Below are positions 1 through 13,133 of a stretch of 64,000 nucleotides of DNA, piece after piece. Made by a program: the position numbers and the translations under genes. The stretch is from Hyphochytrium catenoides. Its lineage: Eukaryota > Protista > Hyphochytriomycota. Where the stretch lies: positions 124,001-188,000 of the forward strand of contig FLMG01000350.1 in the NCBI GenBank assembly GCA_900088475.1, read 5' to 3'. The notes under the pieces are model-generated. The model saw nothing but the letters and a program-made list of their open reading frames with translations. It had not been told where the DNA came from and made no database searches. Within the stretch, counting starts at the first letter, position 1. Each line of letters begins with the position of its first letter.

Positions 1-3000
1 GCTTATAACTATTAGTGGTTCATTTTCCCCAGCCATTCAGCTTGGCTTCCGTCTGTTGATCCTTAAAGTGTATCAACTTACCAGGCAGTACACTTGACAG
101 TCCGTTCTGTGCAATAGGGAATGTAGAATGTGAGCACCTAGAAAGCCTGTGACCCCTGTTAAAAAGACTGAGCGAGGCGGCTTGCTGACAAATTCGACTC
201 GAAATCGACTGAGACCAATCTTTCGGGTTGGTGCTGGATAAATGCTCTCATCCAGCTCCGTCTCCAGCTGGAGGTCAATTCCCTGCACATTTTCTCTACC
301 GACTTCCTCTCCACGCTTGCCTTTTTCAACCAGCTCGGCAGTGACCCTTAGCCGTGCATCTGTCAAAAGAAGCGAGAGTGGGATGTCGACTGCGAACTTT
401 TCCTTCACACTCTGAAGAAGTCGAGTAGCTAACAGAGAGTGGCCACCCACGTCAAAGAAATTGTCGTCAAGAGATATAGACGACTCCTCCAGTTTAAGAA
501 GCTCAGCCCACAAGGAGCGCACTTGCGCCTCTGTAGAGGTCTGCAACAATACCAGCAGAGACATTCCACAGAAATGAGTAGACTTCAAAGACCGAAATGA
601 ACATGGANNNNNNNNNNNNNNNNNNNNNNNNCATGCGGTGCTGACTCTATGGATGACGCTCGAAGCTTTTTTCCCTCAGCAGAAGACGGCAGTTTCTTGC
701 GGTCAAGCTTCCCACTAGCTCCATGAATAGGCAGAGCATCCAGCAATATAAATGCAGAGGGAATTGCGTAGTGCGGGAGCTTGTTCTAACGGCGTTGAGG
801 TAAGGTACAGGTAGAGGGGAGAAAAGAGGGGCCAGGTAAGGCGATGGGATCATCAAGCAGCATGCCTTTGAATGGGGGGTATGCAGCAGAGCAGGGTGTC
901 GTCGCATATGAGAGTGCCCTTGGTAAGAAACATTCACTTCGAAATATTTGATACCTTGAGATACGATCTGATGTTAGAGACGCTTGGAATCATTTTCCAG
1001 TTCTCTGGCACTACGTACGCCACCAACTTTTTATCCTCTCCTTCAGCGCCTGCGGCGACAAAATCATTCTATTGTACCGACTCAATAGTATCGCTTTGTC
1101 CTACCTTCGGTCACGACTACCGCAGTAGAGACCTGTGGGTGCTCAGCTAAAGCTGCTTCTACAGCGCCCAAAACCACACTATAGCGAAACAATGCAAACA
1201 GTAGGTGGTGGGGGAGACATTAGCAGCAATGCAGCTCATGTTCTCGGCCCATAATGGAACTCACCTGTATCCTCTTATCTTGACCATAAAGTCACATCGA
1301 CCTAGGAAAATCTGTTAGGTCTCGGTATAGACTCTCTAGGTATTGGCTCTATAGTAACCGCACCACCCCAATAATGAAGGCTGGCGGTCCTTTCAGCACA
1401 GTGACATAAATGCCCATGTCTCCTCTTCAATACCATTTCTGTCAATGTTACCTCGTTCCGCGGGATTCACTCACCGATGACCTCTAGCGACCCACTAGGT
1501 AAGAATCTTCCTCTGTCACCGGTGCGATAAAGCTTCGAACCATCGTTGGCCAAAGGATCCGATACAAATCTTTCTCTTGTCTTCTCAGGCATATTTAGGT
1601 AGCCGCGAGCGAGGCACGGGCCGCCAACATAGACCTCACCTGTGATGAAACATTATATCCCACAGATTGGGATGGTCAAAATGTGCGAAGGGGTAATGAA
1701 GAGGAGGTAGTGCTGAGAGAATAGAGGTCCTCAATGGAAACGATAATGTTGCGATACGAAAAGGGTATAACCTGGAACACCAACAGGTACCGGTCGCATC
1801 TCGTCGCTAAGTACGTAGCACTTCACATTCTCCATGACCCTGCCACACGGGGCGTATTTGGGGGACTCTCTGGCATCCGGACAATGTTTGTGAATTCGGA
1901 ACATAAACTATGAAGCCAAACTTCTACATACTGTGGATCTACAGCGCTCAAATCGCTGACTGAAATATCGTGGCACTCAGATATGCTGTAGAGGTTCAAG
2001 AATCTGAGCAAGAGGCAGGCCAACATGTTAGCGTAACTGATGGTAGCCATCTGATACTAGATCCGCTTACTACGTGAGAATGGAATAGGGGCGGTTGGAA
2101 CGAAGTGCAAAGAGACATGAATACACTGTGTGATGGAATGTTTGACGGTGAGTGAAGGTAGACGTAGAAGTATACTCTGAAATGACGAGTGACTGCTGAA
2201 GAGTCAGTCACTATACCTGCATCCAGGAAGTAGTTGCATAGCTCTGTTTCTCAGCTCCATTGTTACCACCTCTCCACATAGCCAAATAATCCTTAGGGTT
2301 CGAAGCTTTACTCTCACTGCTTCGGCTTCCAGACTGTCCAATAGCAAAGACAGAAGGGAAGGAGTGAACAGAATACGGGTAATCTGGTGGACCTCCAGGA
2401 AGTCTGCTACTTTATGAACGTCGAATATTGTGTCGTCTGGAATAATATACATTGGGATATTGCCTAGGAGCGGCCTTAGCATCTCCCTGTACGCAATTTG
2501 ACGAGAAGAAGCAACGTAAGTGACAAGTTGCTATTAGTGGTATGTAAAGACAAGTGATTCAGGAGCTACGAAGTGAAAAATACAGAGAAGGAACTGATCT
2601 GGTCACTGTAGGACGAGGTCTTACCAGACGAAGAAAACGTTGCAAGCTTCCTTATCATCTGGCAGGTATGGGTACTTAACTAGCCGCCAGTAGTAGGAAT
2701 GAACAGCACCTCGATGTGGGCAACAAATCCCCTAGCGGACCAGACAGAAGAAAAACGCGGTCACTTAAGTATGTCAATGAAAGTCGGTTCACCTAATAGT
2801 AAGCCTTGATGATGACGGAAAGATGCTGGCAGCACATCAGCACTTTGGGTTACCCCATAACTGCAGGAGCAAGAGCCTCAGTATCCTTCCTTGACATGCT
2901 TACCTTGGGGACTCCGGTTGTTCCTGATGACATTACAATGTAAGCTAGATTGTCTGGGGTCGGCTTCTCTCCATCCTTGTGCTCCGCTGACGGTGCATTC

Positions 3001-5479
3001 TCTACTTGGACCTTCTGCAACCAATCGCCTTCCATTTCAAGGTACTTCTGCCATTGGGGTAGCCGCCCACTGTAGCTCCGTTTAGTCAGAACGCAGCAAG
3101 GAGACGTCTCTTTCAGAACTCGAGCCACTAGGTCAGCGGGGTACACAATCTCCATTGGCATGTATGCACCTCCAGCCTTCAAGATGGCGATATAGGCTAG
3201 TGAATATTCAAGGCTTCTCTCCATAAAAATGCCCACTACTCTGTCTGGCCCAACACCGCAGGCCTTGAGGTACTTTGCAAGCTGGTCGGTTTGGTCATCC
3301 ACCTAAAAAGGCGATAAGCGATTGTGTCAGAAGAGGAAGACTCACATTGGGAAAGGAGTGAAAACACGGGAGGAGTTGAGGGTGAGTAAATCCACTAAGA
3401 CTGAAAGAGGCAGCACATTAGCATGCTATTTTGAAGACAGAGTTGCTGTCAGGAATTTTCGAGGTCATCATGTAGATGGGGTGGCGTTTGAAGATAGGTT
3501 GGAAAACAAGGAAAGACTACCCTCATGAGGAACTACAAACTCCGCCCATCGTCGCCTTCTTACCTCTTTGAAAGTAAGTTTTTGGCCATTACACCATATT
3601 GCCACAGCGTCCGGTGTTTTGCTCGCTGCATCAGTAAATAGCTCATGGAGGCAGGACTTGTCAGGGTAGTCCATTCTGGATAGGGGAACAGGTACATCAA
3701 GTGATAATTGACAGAGATTAGTTACTTCAAGCGGAAAAGAGGGCTCATTGACTAGGAAGAAAAGCGAACAGTAGAGAGNNNNNNNNNNNNNNNNNNNNNT
3801 AGGGGGGGAACAGCTTCAGCAAGACGACATCATCAGAGCCTTGCAGGTCCCAACAGAGTGTGGACTTACCTGGAAGCGTTCCATTTTTCCAACATCCTGT
3901 TAGCGTTTACCGAAGCCTCTGACGCTGCTTCCAGGAGCTCCTTCTCTACGATAGAGGCAGCTATTTGGGGTTGGGTATCCAAGTAAAAGTGACCCCCTAC
4001 ATTGTGTGTGATCGTAAGGCCGACATAGCAGCTCACCAATGGGTTAACTGTCACTGGCACTTCCTTAAGATAGTTACCGATCCCCTGTCCNNNNNNNNNN
4101 NNNNNNNNNNNNNNNNNNNNNNNNNNNNTCCCTAGAGATAAGGATACCTACCTTCATGCTCTCTCCCGATACACTCTCGTCATCTTGTGCACAAATTACA
4201 ACGCCTGCACTAAATAGCGGTCCCTGCGCACTCGCAAGTGAGCACTCTTACACCGGATTGAGCGCATAGCGTAAAGTGGTATCGAGATAGTCAAATAAGG
4301 CAAAAAGGAAGGACTAACCTCTGGTATGTAGCCGTTCACAATTGTGAGGTCAGCTAGAACAGTAGGGAGAAAGGCACTGAAGGCCCTTTCATCTGCAAGC
4401 AGCTAGATGAGGCAAGAGCAAGGAATGAACATTAGCGTGGCGCCCAAGCGGCCCTTAACTCTCTATCAGTGACCATCGTGTCGCACTGAAGCCTTCTCTA
4501 ACACAGACTCTATGGATCTATACCTCTTCTGATGTTCCACCCCATGAGGAGATAAGTTTTCGCATCTCGTCTGGACTTTCTAAAGTTTCTGGAGCCTATG
4601 TGAGGTCAACGGAGGAACAGGCGATTTGCGGGTGCTGTTAATATTGCGAGTACTAAGCTGGCTCGTCGCTCTGAGTTATCGCCTTTACCAGCTCTTTCTG
4701 CTGTTTAAATGGTTCTGCACCAGAGATCAGCAGCCGAAGAGGACCTGGTAGTCCTCTCTTAACCATTTCCTCCGCGATCGCATACACCACGGTCGCTCCA
4801 GCGCTGTGGCCAAAGAGAGCAAAGGGCTTGTCCAGCAGCGGAATAAGCTACGGACAAAACGTGTAAGCCGCAATCTAACAATACGATGGTGATCACTCTT
4901 GTCATGTATGTACATCCCGTATTGCTACTGTGAACTTCATCGACAAAATCAATGACCTGTGACCTCTCCTCCAGCTATTGCTGCCAACTGGCCACTATCC
5001 AGAAATGCTGGAGGAAAGAAAAGTCTCTAACTGTGAGTCTGGCCCTTTCCATTTGGTAGGCTTCTTCCCGTGGTCAATAAATGTCCCGTCGCTGTCTCTT
5101 CTCTCTCTTTGAAAGTCGTACCTCTGTTATGAAGGAATCCACCAGTGTGGCCAGGTCCTTGACAGGTTCTTCTTTAGCATTACCGAATCTTCCAGGAGGG
5201 TTGACCGCGTAAAGTTCGATATCGGGTGAAAGGTGCTTTGACCAGCCCCGGAACAATCTCTGCGAGTGACGGAGAAGGAGGAGGGAGGATGAAGTGATGC
5301 ACAGCAGTTGTAAATATATCCAAGGATTAAACTCATGGAAGGTGATGTTGGTCTTATTATATCATAAAAGGCCTCACCGCCGATCCCCCGGCATGCGGGT
5401 AACAGAACAGGCGAATGTGTGCGTCCTCTCGGACCTCGTCACATCGAAACCAAGCGGAAGTGATCAAAGGTCCTGTCAT
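1..5479 (-). CDS. NRPS-like enzyme, TE(II-like)-A-T-R architecture; multi-exon, 3' end outside the window
   Basis: Spliced translation from ATG 5479: MTGPLITSAWFR...RLFCYPHAGGSA / FRGWSKHLSPDIELYAVNPPGRF / PFALFGHSAG (4797-4811) / GGHFYL = thioesterase. Then WNASRMDYPDKSCLHELF, AYIVMSSGTTGVPKG (A3), LYRTGD (A7), GRCDFMVKIRGY (A8); carrier DNFFDVGGHSLL; reductase VFLTGVTGFLG. GT-AG introns; three N gaps inside. Confidence 0.92.
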
Positions 5480-6960
5480 AGCTGCCGCGAGATACTAGCT
5501 AGCTTCTCAACGCGATGAGACTCAGTCTGATAGTATCCTTCCTACACAGGAGGCAAGGTTCGTAGCCCTATTCGTTGGTCTTTGACCAAATAGTATACAG
5601 CCGCAGGGAGCTTATGAGCTTCAATGGTGCTGCACTGCATCTGTATACCGCTCTGGCAGACGAATGACTCTTGGGCAGAACTGCTTTGGCTGGCACTGCT
5701 TCGAATCAGAGAGCAGAGAAGCCAGTTCACCCTTTCTTCCCTTTAGTATAGGGTTTGTGCAAGCAACAAGGCTGTCATCGAATGCATCGGCGATGATTGT
5801 CCTCGTGATAAAGATGATGTGCTGTTGTTGTTGTTACAGACAGTTCGCCGGTAGCAGTTCTGATCACCTTGTATCTTTGTCGTTGTAGAGTTGAACAAGT
5901 GCGTTGTATCCGCTCTTCTGTGTGATGTGATTGAAGATTGAAGATGCGCTGCTGAGGCCGTTGATGTCTGAAGACACAGTGCCATCAGAGCTCTAGTCAT
6001 TGATCCTATAGAATCGGGAACTTGTAGGTCTAGGGAGCAACGGAAGAGGCTGTCATTGCCTGGTCTGGACAGCAGTCCTTTTGCTACATTGGCGCTGTCC
6101 ATTACTCCTTTGTTCCTGTCTATTACTCCTTTGTTCCATTGCAGCAGTGGAGATCGTTCTGCTGGTACAGTGGGCTCGGGTCAATGAAGAGAGAGAAAGA
6201 AAGCTCAACAGCAGAGTAGTGATTGCCTAGGCGTCCCCCTCGGCGGCCCAGATATATCTCCAGCGCAGTCGGAAATGACGCGGGCGTGGAGCAGCTCCCC
6301 ATACCTTTCCCATTGAACGTCCTTCCAACTATACCACAGCAAGCCATTTAATGGTCCTGTCCTTTGTCTACCCCGCACTATCGTGGTGCTGACAATCAAC
6401 AACAATGCACATCCACAGAGTGCCACGCACATGGCCGGAGATTCTGGAGGTGGGTGATTCCACACTTTACAGTTATCCACACTCCCTTCTGATGGCAAGC
6501 AAAACTTGTACAGGAGTTCAAAGACCCTGAAAGCACCAATCATGCGTTCAGAAGAAAGCGAAGAACCAGGGACACTTGTACAGAAGAGGAGCGACGAGAA
6601 GAAACCCCGCTTATGAGACGTGCAAGGTAGTCGACTTGAGCTGATGGCAGAAAAGCTTTGTTCAACTCTCACATAGTATGTGTCCACCACAAGTAATGAC
6701 AGCTTTGAGAGTGGGGATGGTTGCCCAAGACTAGAACTTCTCATTCTCTTCATTTTGGTTATCCTCATCGGTAAGTTCAACACCACCTCACGTCCTTCTA
6801 TTGTTGCCAGCTTCCCTATAGACTAGCTACACGATGCAAAGACGTGCGGGTTTGATTTCTCTTTTGAAGTAGTTGTAGGCAGCTTATCGCACCGCTTTTA
6901 AGTACGAAGCGAAGCGCGAAGCTGCAGTGGCATAATAGCGCCTAACAAGTATTACTTTAG

Positions 6961-9321
6961 GTGGGCTGGTCATTGGCCTGGCGTTGGAGTATCCTGGGTT
7001 CGGCCTGTTCAACCTTCGACTTGACATACTGGATGATTCCATAAAAAGCGAAAAGTTTTATGAGAGCTTACACTGTTTTGGGGTTCTGGTTGGCGTCTCC
7101 TGGGCCAGCTATGCCTCTGAGAAGCTCGGCAGGTGAACTGAGGCCATCCCTTCATGATGCTGTTTCCCAAACCTCACCCTTCCTTCCAATCTCCGTACTA
7201 GAGTAGGGCCTCCAGTGTAGAGTTGGCCAGCCTATGTTTTATCGTTGGCTGGCTTTTAACGGCCTTTTCTATTGGTCAAGGGACGCTTTTTGTTGCACGG
7301 TACGGCCACAGATGAGCTTCCTCAAAAACTTTAATGTATTTGACACGCTCTTGTAGATGGTTCTGTGGCGTGGGTACCGGGTTAATAAGTGTTTCACTGC
7401 TGATATACGTCGCGGAGATGTCCCCTCCTCGCCATCGGGGCTTATTTATTGGACTGTTTCAGCTCGCTATCCCAGCAGGTAATCAAACAATAGCAATAAG
7501 CGCTACTTCTCTCAGTTATACCTCGGTTACTTTTAGTCACCCGGGCCTCATCGCGCTTCCTAGTGAATATCTCCTAATTACTCTCTCTCTCTCTCAAACC
7601 CTTTCTGTATCTCTATGTAAGCCGCACTTTTTCCGACTGTTCACTTAACCTTTCTGTACATGTGCGGGTGAACGCAACTAAGCTCTAATCGTTCTTGCCA
7701 GGGGTCTTGCTCGGGCATGCGCTCAGCGTCAAGGCAAACTGGAGGATTGCGGCCTCCTTTGGCGTTTTTCCCTCTTGCGTCCTCTTGGTTGCCATGGAGT
7801 TCTGCCCTAACTCGGCATGGTGGCTGCTGAGCAGGTAATGGATGCTTTGAGCGGTTCTATTGAAGGATGAGAGTAACGAGCTTCATGGCTATATTGTATT
7901 TGCTGTAGGCACAATCTTGTGACCGTTGCTGGCTCCTCATTGCGCTATTGGGCGGGTACAAGGAATGATATTGACCTCAGGATAACACGAATGATTAGGG
8001 TAAGGCGCTAAGTTCCCAGCAGAGAACTTGAAGCAAAGCATAGTGAACATCGCATAAATGGCAGCAAATGAGTGCGCGTGGATGGTATGGGGCGTCGAGG
8101 AGGATGATGGTAAAAGTAGAGTATCTCGCAAAACGAGAATAGACCTAAAGCCCTGACTGGTTGCAGGCTGTTAATCGCACTAGGGATGATCCAGCTCCAT
8201 TTTCATGGTCGAGAGGCCCAAAGGTGGGTCACAGTTGAACGCTCTTCTCCTTAGAGTCTTGTTCTTCCATTTGATGGTAGTGCTCATATCGAAGAACCTA
8301 GCACTGTCTAGACTCCTTCTCTCCCAATGGAATCTGCTTTTAAGCTCTCGGGGTGGTCTTATACTTCAATCGGCAGATATACCGCACCTTGCTCCTTTGC
8401 ATTGCACTTGTAATCTGCAAGACCGCAGCAGGACATGAGCTTGGGCTATTGCACTCTGCAACTATTATCAAGAGAGGGTTTCCTATCTCGGGGTTGGACT
8501 ATAGTCTTAAAGCAGCTATCCCTGCGGCCGACGCGGCTGGCTTGCTCTTGGGAATGACTCTTGTAGATAAAGGTGCTTGATGTGCTTCTGCGGTGGACTC
8601 ATACTAATCTTCTTTCGTAACTGAATGGAGTATGAATTATCTTGGTCTTGCTGCAGTAGTACTCTACTATTCTTCTTGTCGTTGCTTTCCGCACATATAC
8701 CTAGGCCTTGGCTCTCATTATTTCTGTACAGGTCGTCGACGACTATTTCTTCTTGGGCTTCAGATTGGGTTAATCCTCGGACTCCTTAATCTGTGGTGGC
8801 CGTCTGCACAACAGGGCTGGATCCTCCATAATGAAGCCGTCCTAAGGTAATTGGAAGCAATAAGCCTTCTTCACCGACACCAATCTTATCGGCTCGTTAG
8901 GCTCCTGCTAATTGCAGCCAACAGCTTTTCGTATGGCATCGTGGTCTGGTTACTCGTCAGCGAAATTTTTCCGATGTGTTACCGGTCAATATCTGTCAGC
9001 GTAATCCTTGCTATAGAATGGTCAATGAAGCTTCTACTCCAGAGTCATGTCGGACATCTTAAGCACTTTTGGACAGATGTAAGGACTCTGAGATCCCCAC
9101 TCCCTAGACTACGTTCTTTTAATAGTTTTTGTCGCGTGTAGGCCCAATGCCTTGCCTGCCTTTTAGTGGCTATGACCCTGAGCCTATTCATCGGCCACTT
9201 TTATCTTCCTGAAACCGCCGGAAGACCTCTCGAAGAAATTGAGGCGATTCTGAGCGGCTGGCCAGTTAAAACTCCTGAGCCGAGTCGATCAGCGGATGAA
9301 AGTGGCAATAGTTGGCTATAG
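6961..9321 (+). CDS. Divergent MFS sugar-porter-like transporter, multi-exon; start uncertain
   Basis: Exon motifs SEKLGR, YVAEMSPPRHRGLFIGLFQLAIPAG, LVDKGRRRL (spliced), WLLVSEIFP, LPETAGRPLEEIE; stop TAG 9319-9321. Confidence 0.8.
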
Positions 9322-10684
9322 TGAAGAACGAGCGGAACTTGGAGGCCCTCAATAGGGATAAAAGGGTTTCCTTCGCCATCGCGTGAACTCTCTTTCTTGC
9401 TGACAACAAAATTTTATCCACAAGGGGAGCTCATTTTACAGGAAGACCTAGTAGCTGGCGCAAGAAAAGCCTGCGCCTCCATAAGCCATAACTATGCTAC
9501 ACCAAAATACAGCTGATGAGTGTCACATCAACACCTCTTTCGTAGCCCACACGCAGAATCACGAGCCATTACCTGCCTGTTGATTGATCACTATAGTGTT
9601 TTCTCTGTGTCGTGGCAGGCAATTTAGGACACTGTCTCCTAGCGCCGAGAGCTGTCGAGGTACTCAAATGCTGTCAGCTACGTCCGGCACTCTAAGTGCT
9701 CGCTTGCCTGGCGCAGACAGCATCCCCTGACCATTAGCGTCAACGAAAGGTAACACCCGCAGAATTGTTGAAGATCACCAAATGGAAGTAACGCACAAGA
9801 ATAGTGTACCTCAACCTTCGAGGCTGAAGAAGCATTCTTCGGGTGCCCTATCCCTTCCGTTATCTCAAGAGGTATCTGCGGGGATCTATAAAACTGAAAA
9901 CTCATTGAGCTCAGACTTCTGCTTCCTCTTCAAAGACAAAATCTCCTTTGCATCCACGTAGGAAGTACTGTAATGAGATTGTGAGATGCCTCTATTTTGA
10001 TAACAATAAAAAAGGACGTATCTGTCTGTACTGTAGGAAGAACCAGACTCAAGTCAGGCGACTATCTCAGGACGCGAAGGGGACTTATTCATCCTTAGTC
10101 CCCATGTTTTCCCTTGAGAGGATTGCACAAATAAAGGTCAAGGCCTTGGAATTAGCCCAACATAGTCACATCTAATGATTGCGAAGAGGTGAAGACTCTG
10201 TCCTCTATCTTGGCAACATTCAGCATGTTACATCTTGAGCTTGGATAGTCTGAACGAGCTTGGACAAGCCAAGCCAAAGATGAAGTTGCTATTGTAGCAG
10301 CAGTCAACCAATTCATCGAAAGTCTGCTGCTTGGTAGCCCGTGATCTTTCCCGTACGTCGGTTGATGCCTTTCATGCCTGTCGGAAAGCTTGTCAGTCAT
10401 CAGACTCGGCCCTTGCTAATGATAAGACGATACGTATCCTGACAAAAGCAGGGGGACGAGCTGTGAAGGCAGTGGGCCAAGTGGAAGGCTTCCAGTTGAG
10501 TAGGATAGCGATCAGCAGAGGGCAGTGATGGAGAGGGGCTTTCTGCAGGTACTCATGCCTCTTTCCTTAGTAACCAAATTTTTAGAGCTTGATAGCTTCT
10601 TACCCGCTGTAGAGGAGACAAGCAGAAGCAGAGCAAGAAGCCTATCACGCAAGGTTAATCCAAACGGTCGGACTCAGCCACCAG

Positions 10685-11284
10685 TTGACCCTTACTGAGC
10701 CACTGGACAGGCTTGAGAAGACAGGGCCCCGATACCATCCATATCAATTTTTTCAGAAGAGAAGGCCATTTTTTACGGAGAAAGAGGCTTATGCCAGTCT
10801 ATTGCAAGAGAGAACTGGCGAACCATTTACAAGGACTTACAATCCGGCAGAAGTCCCCAACCCTGTCATAGCCCCCAAAAGTACGGGAAAGGGGTTGCAC
10901 CTCGCTGCTTCTACTGAAGATGGTCCTACCTCAAACTTCCCCCGCGGAGAGATAGTAGAGGCCCTGAGATTCCAGAACAGCGTGATCTGGCAGCTGCTGC
11001 AGGAGAGATTCGGTTCTGGAACGTCTGAGGGTCTTAGAAGAGCAAAAGTGCTGGAGGAATGCGATAATTTGGTACAGCAATGACTACTGACATACCGGCC
11101 ACCCATAGTCTGACATTTTTTCCCTAGCGAAACATGGGTTCACAGAACAGTAAAGCCGCAGAACATCTCCAGGATGAGATAGAGAAGACTGAAGGTGAGG
11201 TTCTTGTCTAATGGTTGCTTAGAGTAAAAGCTCTCCACTATGAGTTTCAGCTATGTCTGGATCTTGGAGCCCTCGACCTCTTTC

Positions 11285-11319
<35 letters not shown>

Positions 11320-12764
11320 TCTCTCCCTTCCTCTCTCTCTCTCTCTCGCGCGCGCGCTGCGGTACTTTCTCCTTCACCCTCAACGACATCGTTTCTTATG
11401 GACTTTCACTTTCTTGCGAATGCCACTTTACTATAAACTTTCTCCCTTAACTGGTATTTGTCATTTCGAACCCGTCATCTTCAGAGCTCTTGGCCAGGCT
11501 ACAACTGGAAAAACGATCAGCCGCAGCCCGAGTAGAAGACCGGTATGATAAGGCAGTACAGGTAAGTTATCTGACTATAGTGAACATAAAGTGTAAGACC
11601 TCATACGATACTTTCGAAACCGTCATCTGTAGGCCATTTATGATGATATTGAGCTTGAGGTCGTGACAGAAAGCCTTCAGGAGATTCAAGAGCCTCAGAA
11701 AAAGAAAGAACCCCGCCTGGTTCCCTTTAGTGCTGAACAGGAAAAGAGTGTCCGCCTAATTCTTCATGGGCGGGATGACACCGAACTCCTTATCTCTAAG
11801 TTCAATGTGGACATGCGAAGAGGCATGATGAAGTGCCTGCTACCAGGTCAATGGCTTAATGACGAGGTACTTGTGGCAACAGTGAATGACGTCCGGAAGA
11901 ACGTCTAGGTCTAGCACTGTCGAGCTGATGGTCCTAATGCGTAGGTGATCAACTTCTGGTTTAAGCTCCTTGAGCAAAGAGATGAGAATCTGAGGCGAGA
12001 CGATGGCGGACGACGGTCTCTCTTTCAGAATACCTTCTTTCATACCAAGCTGTCTGAGAAAGGCTATTGCTATTCAAACGTACGGCGGTGGACAAGAAAG
12101 GTCGACATATTTTCGCTTGACAAGATTATTATACCGGTCCATGTTGGTGAGGTAAGCTTTTATGGCCAGTCTAAGTGGAAGGGCGGGCCTAGCTGTGTAC
12201 ACTCTACCTTAATCTTCGGCTTTTCAAATTACTGTCGCTGGAATATTTGCTCTGATATAGACCTCCATCGAGATATCAAGCTTGATATACGATTCCGTCT
12301 TCTACAACAACCTGGGTGCATTCCTAGGTTCATTGGTGCTTGGCAGTGCTGTTTATGCAAGAGAAGAAAATTCAGTACTACGATAGCATGAACGGGGCGG
12401 GTCATCGTACGCTGAAGATACTGCGTCAGTACCTTGCCGATGAGCACAAGGACAAGAAGAAACAGGTGAAAAGCTTCGATGATTGGCAGATCATCCCTAC
12501 CCAGAAGGACACTCCACAGCAAAATAACGGCTGCGATTGTGGTGTGTTCACATGTACTATGGCTGACTATATAAGTATGGGCGAGGTACGTGGCCTTGCA
12601 TGGTCCAAGTCTCGAATAGGGTGGATGTTGATCCTACGTCTCTGACTGGTGTGGGCCCTCTTCTGTCCTCTACCTTGCCATAGGATCTCACCTTCTCCCA
12701 GAAGAACATGCCTCACTTCCGAGAGCGAATGGCGTACTATATTGTCAAAGGCACCCTTGAGTAG
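10685..12764 (+). CDS. Ulp1/SENP-family SUMO protease (peptidase C48); N-terminus probably extends upstream
   Basis: WLNDEVINFW, FQNTFFHTKL, VRRWTRKVDIF, VHWCLAV, YYDSMNG, PQQNNGCDCGVF (His-Asp-Cys triad plus Gln); last exon ends TAG 12762-12764. Confidence 0.9.
11281..11357. repeat. (CT)n microsatellite followed by (GC)n, intronic
   Basis: About 65 bp of imperfect ctctct... then gcgcgcgcgc. Confidence 0.9.
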
Positions 12765-13133
12765 CAGAAAAAGCCAGTAGTTGCTGAGCCAGACTCTATT
12801 TATTTGTAACCTTGCAAGGTGGTTGAGCTTTTAAGCGCATATAGTTGTCCTTTAGCGTCGCCTCTCGTAGAGAGAACGTTTTATACACTACCGCACCAGA
12901 CTTTCCTGATGCAAGTATAGGCGGAAGAGATTCGTACAGTGTATACAATCTAGACCATGGAAATAAACTCTGGAGGCGTAGGGCGGGAGGGTGAGATGGG
13001 CAACTTGATGGATCCAGCTTGCTCCCCCTTTGTCCCTCTTTGACTGAGAAGAAAAGGGTAAACATCATCAGGAGGAAGGGGGAGTTCTCTGCAAGGTTTC
13101 TCTTCTGGAGCCGACGATAACACTAGTACTCCG

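Noticed and set aside
1-5479. Calling the NRPS-like gene Lys2 (alpha-aminoadipate reductase)
   Set aside because: A4/A5 motifs lack the Lys2-type amino-acid-binding signature and the N-terminus is a thioesterase.
11215-11548. SLSLSL-type ORFs
   Set aside because: Translation of an intronic (CT)n microsatellite.
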